Source of the DNA: Candidatus Delongbacteria bacterium
Lineage (GTDB): Bacteria > CAIWAD01
Direction: 5' to 3'
Length of the DNA stretch: 64,000 nt
Assembly (NCBI GenBank): GCA_963663545.1
Contig: OY760505.1
Location: forward strand, 224,001 to 288,000
In this document: one piece after another, positions 62,658 to 64,000 of the stretch
How the letters are laid out: every line of letters starts with the position of its first letter
How positions within the stretch are numbered: the stretch's first letter is position 1
The notes under the pieces: model-generated
Told to the model about the DNA's origin: nothing
What the model saw: the letters and a program-made list of their open reading frames with translations, nothing else
Database searches by the model: none
Made by a program: the position numbers and the translations under genes

Positions 62658-63424
62658 TATCCTGCTTCGCCGCTATTGCGCTGTGCGGGCGGCAGGAAGG
62701 TATGCAGCTTCTCCGCCACCAGACGCGGATTGTCACCGTTCTGAATGGCCAGAATGCCCTCGACGATCAGCGTCTTGCGGGCAATCTCTTGTTTGGAACG
62801 CATCGCCAGTTTGGCGTTGAGGGGCAAAGCCAGCAGGTTGGCGATAAAGGCGCCATAGAAGGTGGTAAGCAGGGCGACGGCCATACCGCCACCAATCTTG
62901 GATGGATCGTCCAGGGCCTGAAGCATCTGGATCAAACCGATCAGTGTACCGATCATGCCGAAGGCCGGTGCATAGGTGGCCATCTGCATCCAGAAACTGC
63001 CTCCGTCCGCATGGCGATCCATCAGGCTGGACAGCTCGATATCCATGATCTGCTGAATGGTGTCGGGCTCGGTGCCGTCCACGGCCAGGCGCAAACCGCC
63101 TTTCATAAACTCGTCATCGACGGCTTCCAGACCCTGCTCAATAGCCAGAATACCCTCGCGCCGCGCCTTCTCCGCGATGGCTACGAGGGTCTCGATGGTT
63201 TCCTGCATCGTGGGGTCTTTGTACAGGATGGCCTTCATCAGCGAGCCGTGAATGCCAAGTACCTGGCTGAGGGGAAAGGACATGAAGAGAGCGCCTAAGG
63301 TTCCGCCCACCACAATCATGAAGGAGCCAATATCGATGAAGAATACGGCTCCCGGCTTGGACGCGATGGCAAAGATCACGAAGCCGTAGCCGAGTACCAT
63401 GCCGATGACGGTTGCCAGATCCAT
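62657..63424 (-). CDS. motA: Flagellar stator MotA/PomA
   Basis: ARREGILA, APAFGMIGTLIGL and MAVALLTTFYG motifs. Confidence 0.95.
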   Translation of the reverse strand: MDLATVIGMVLGYGFVIFAIASKPGAVFFIDIGSFMIVVGGTLGALFMSFPLSQVLGIHGSLMKAILYKDPTMQETIETLVAIAEKARREGILAIEQGLEAVDDEFMKGGLRLAVDGTEPDTIQQIMDIELSSLMDRHADGGSFWMQMATYAPAFGMIGTLIGLIQMLQALDDPSKIGGGMAVALLTTFYGAFIANLLALPLNAKLAMRSKQEIARKTLIVEGILAIQNGDNPRLVAEKLHTFLPPAQRNSGEAG

Positions 63425-63484
63425 AGTGTCCTAAGCGACCGCGCGCTGCGGCCAGGTAGATTGACGGTTTTCGGGACCCTCACT

Positions 63485-63511
63485 TTATCGGCAAGCGCTA
63501 CGCTTCCTTGA
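63485..63511 (-). promoter_or_regulatory. Sigma28 (FliA) promoter upstream of motA
   Basis: Minus strand TCAA-N15-GCCGATAA. Confidence 0.75.
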
Positions 63512-63544
63512 TAGTATGGAAGCAGAAAAGGCCGCTCCAGGCCG

Positions 63545-63588
63545 AAAAAAGGGCAACGACCCGCGGATTCAGGCCGCGAGCCGTCGCC
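63545..63588 (-). terminator. Intrinsic terminator after flgE
   Basis: Minus strand GGGCGACG...CGTTGCCC stem followed by TTTTTT. Confidence 0.7.
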
Positions 63589-63619
63589 CGGACAGCATCA
63601 ATTTGCGTTCACCGAAGAC

Positions 63620-64000
63620 TTATCGCTTCAGGTTGATGACGTCGCTCAACATCTCGTCGGAGGTGGTGATCACCTTACCCGAGGCCTGGAAGCCGCGCTG
63701 GGCAATGATCATGTTGGTGAACTCCTCGGAGAGGTCGGTGTTGGACATTTCCAGATAACCGGACTGCACCGTCGAGCCGAAGGTGTTACCCGGCAGACCG
63801 ATCACCGGCGAGCCGGCGCTACCGTTGGCCTGGTAGCTCGAAGTGCCGACGGCGTCCAGACCCTGCGGGTTGGTGAACTGCGCCAACAGAATTTGAGCCA
63901 GCGTCTTGAGCTTGCCGTTGGAATAGACGCCCTGAATGGATCCATCGTCGAGGAAGTCGAGGGATTCCAGCACGCCCATCGGGCTGCCGTCCTGGTCGAT
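63620..64000 (-). CDS. flgE: Flagellar hook protein FlgE, 3' end (5' part outside the window)
   Basis: LEMSNTDLSEEFTNMIIAQRGFQASGKVITTSDEML. Confidence 0.9.
   Translation of the reverse strand: MDQDGSPMGVLESLDFLDDGSIQGVYSNGKLKTLAQILLAQFTNPQGLDAVGTSSYQANGSAGSPVIGLPGNTFGSTVQSGYLEMSNTDLSEEFTNMIIAQRGFQASGKVITTSDEMLSDVINLKR

Overview
GC-rich (roughly 60% by eye) bacterial chromosome segment, almost entirely minus-strand. PorV-like and T9SS-CTD genes alongside flagellar genes suggest a flagellated FCB-group diderm (inference). Housekeeping content: M16C peptidase and SSS symporter, purN-purH-mreBCD-mrdA-rodA, OPT transporter, gltX, FadL plus GDSL lipase, HIT, mce, Exo-DinG, efp-accB-accC-gcvH-gcvPA-gcvPB, apt-ligA, a Btu/Fec-type ABC transporter, fliMNOPQR, motAB and the flgE 3' end. 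Four things stand out. (1) A 165-bp tandem array at 52.0-53.0 kb: each unit carries a promoter-like sequence plus a tRNA-Gly 5' half with a 44-nt hairpin inserted exactly between tRNA positions 37 and 38, and the array ends in an intact tRNA-Gly(CCC). (2) The heptamer GTATCAC/GTGATAC is strongly over-represented (about 85 copies counted by eye against about 6 expected). (3) A two-component pair with degenerate catalytic motifs is followed by tandem dyads, a perfect sigma54 promoter and a structured non-coding region, a candidate sRNA. (4) A tightly coupled PorV-led operon encodes an apparently inactive M6-protease-like T9SS cargo, a gluzincin/propeller/barrel protein and two paralogous unknown membrane proteins. 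All calls come from manual reading; no searches or folding programs were run.
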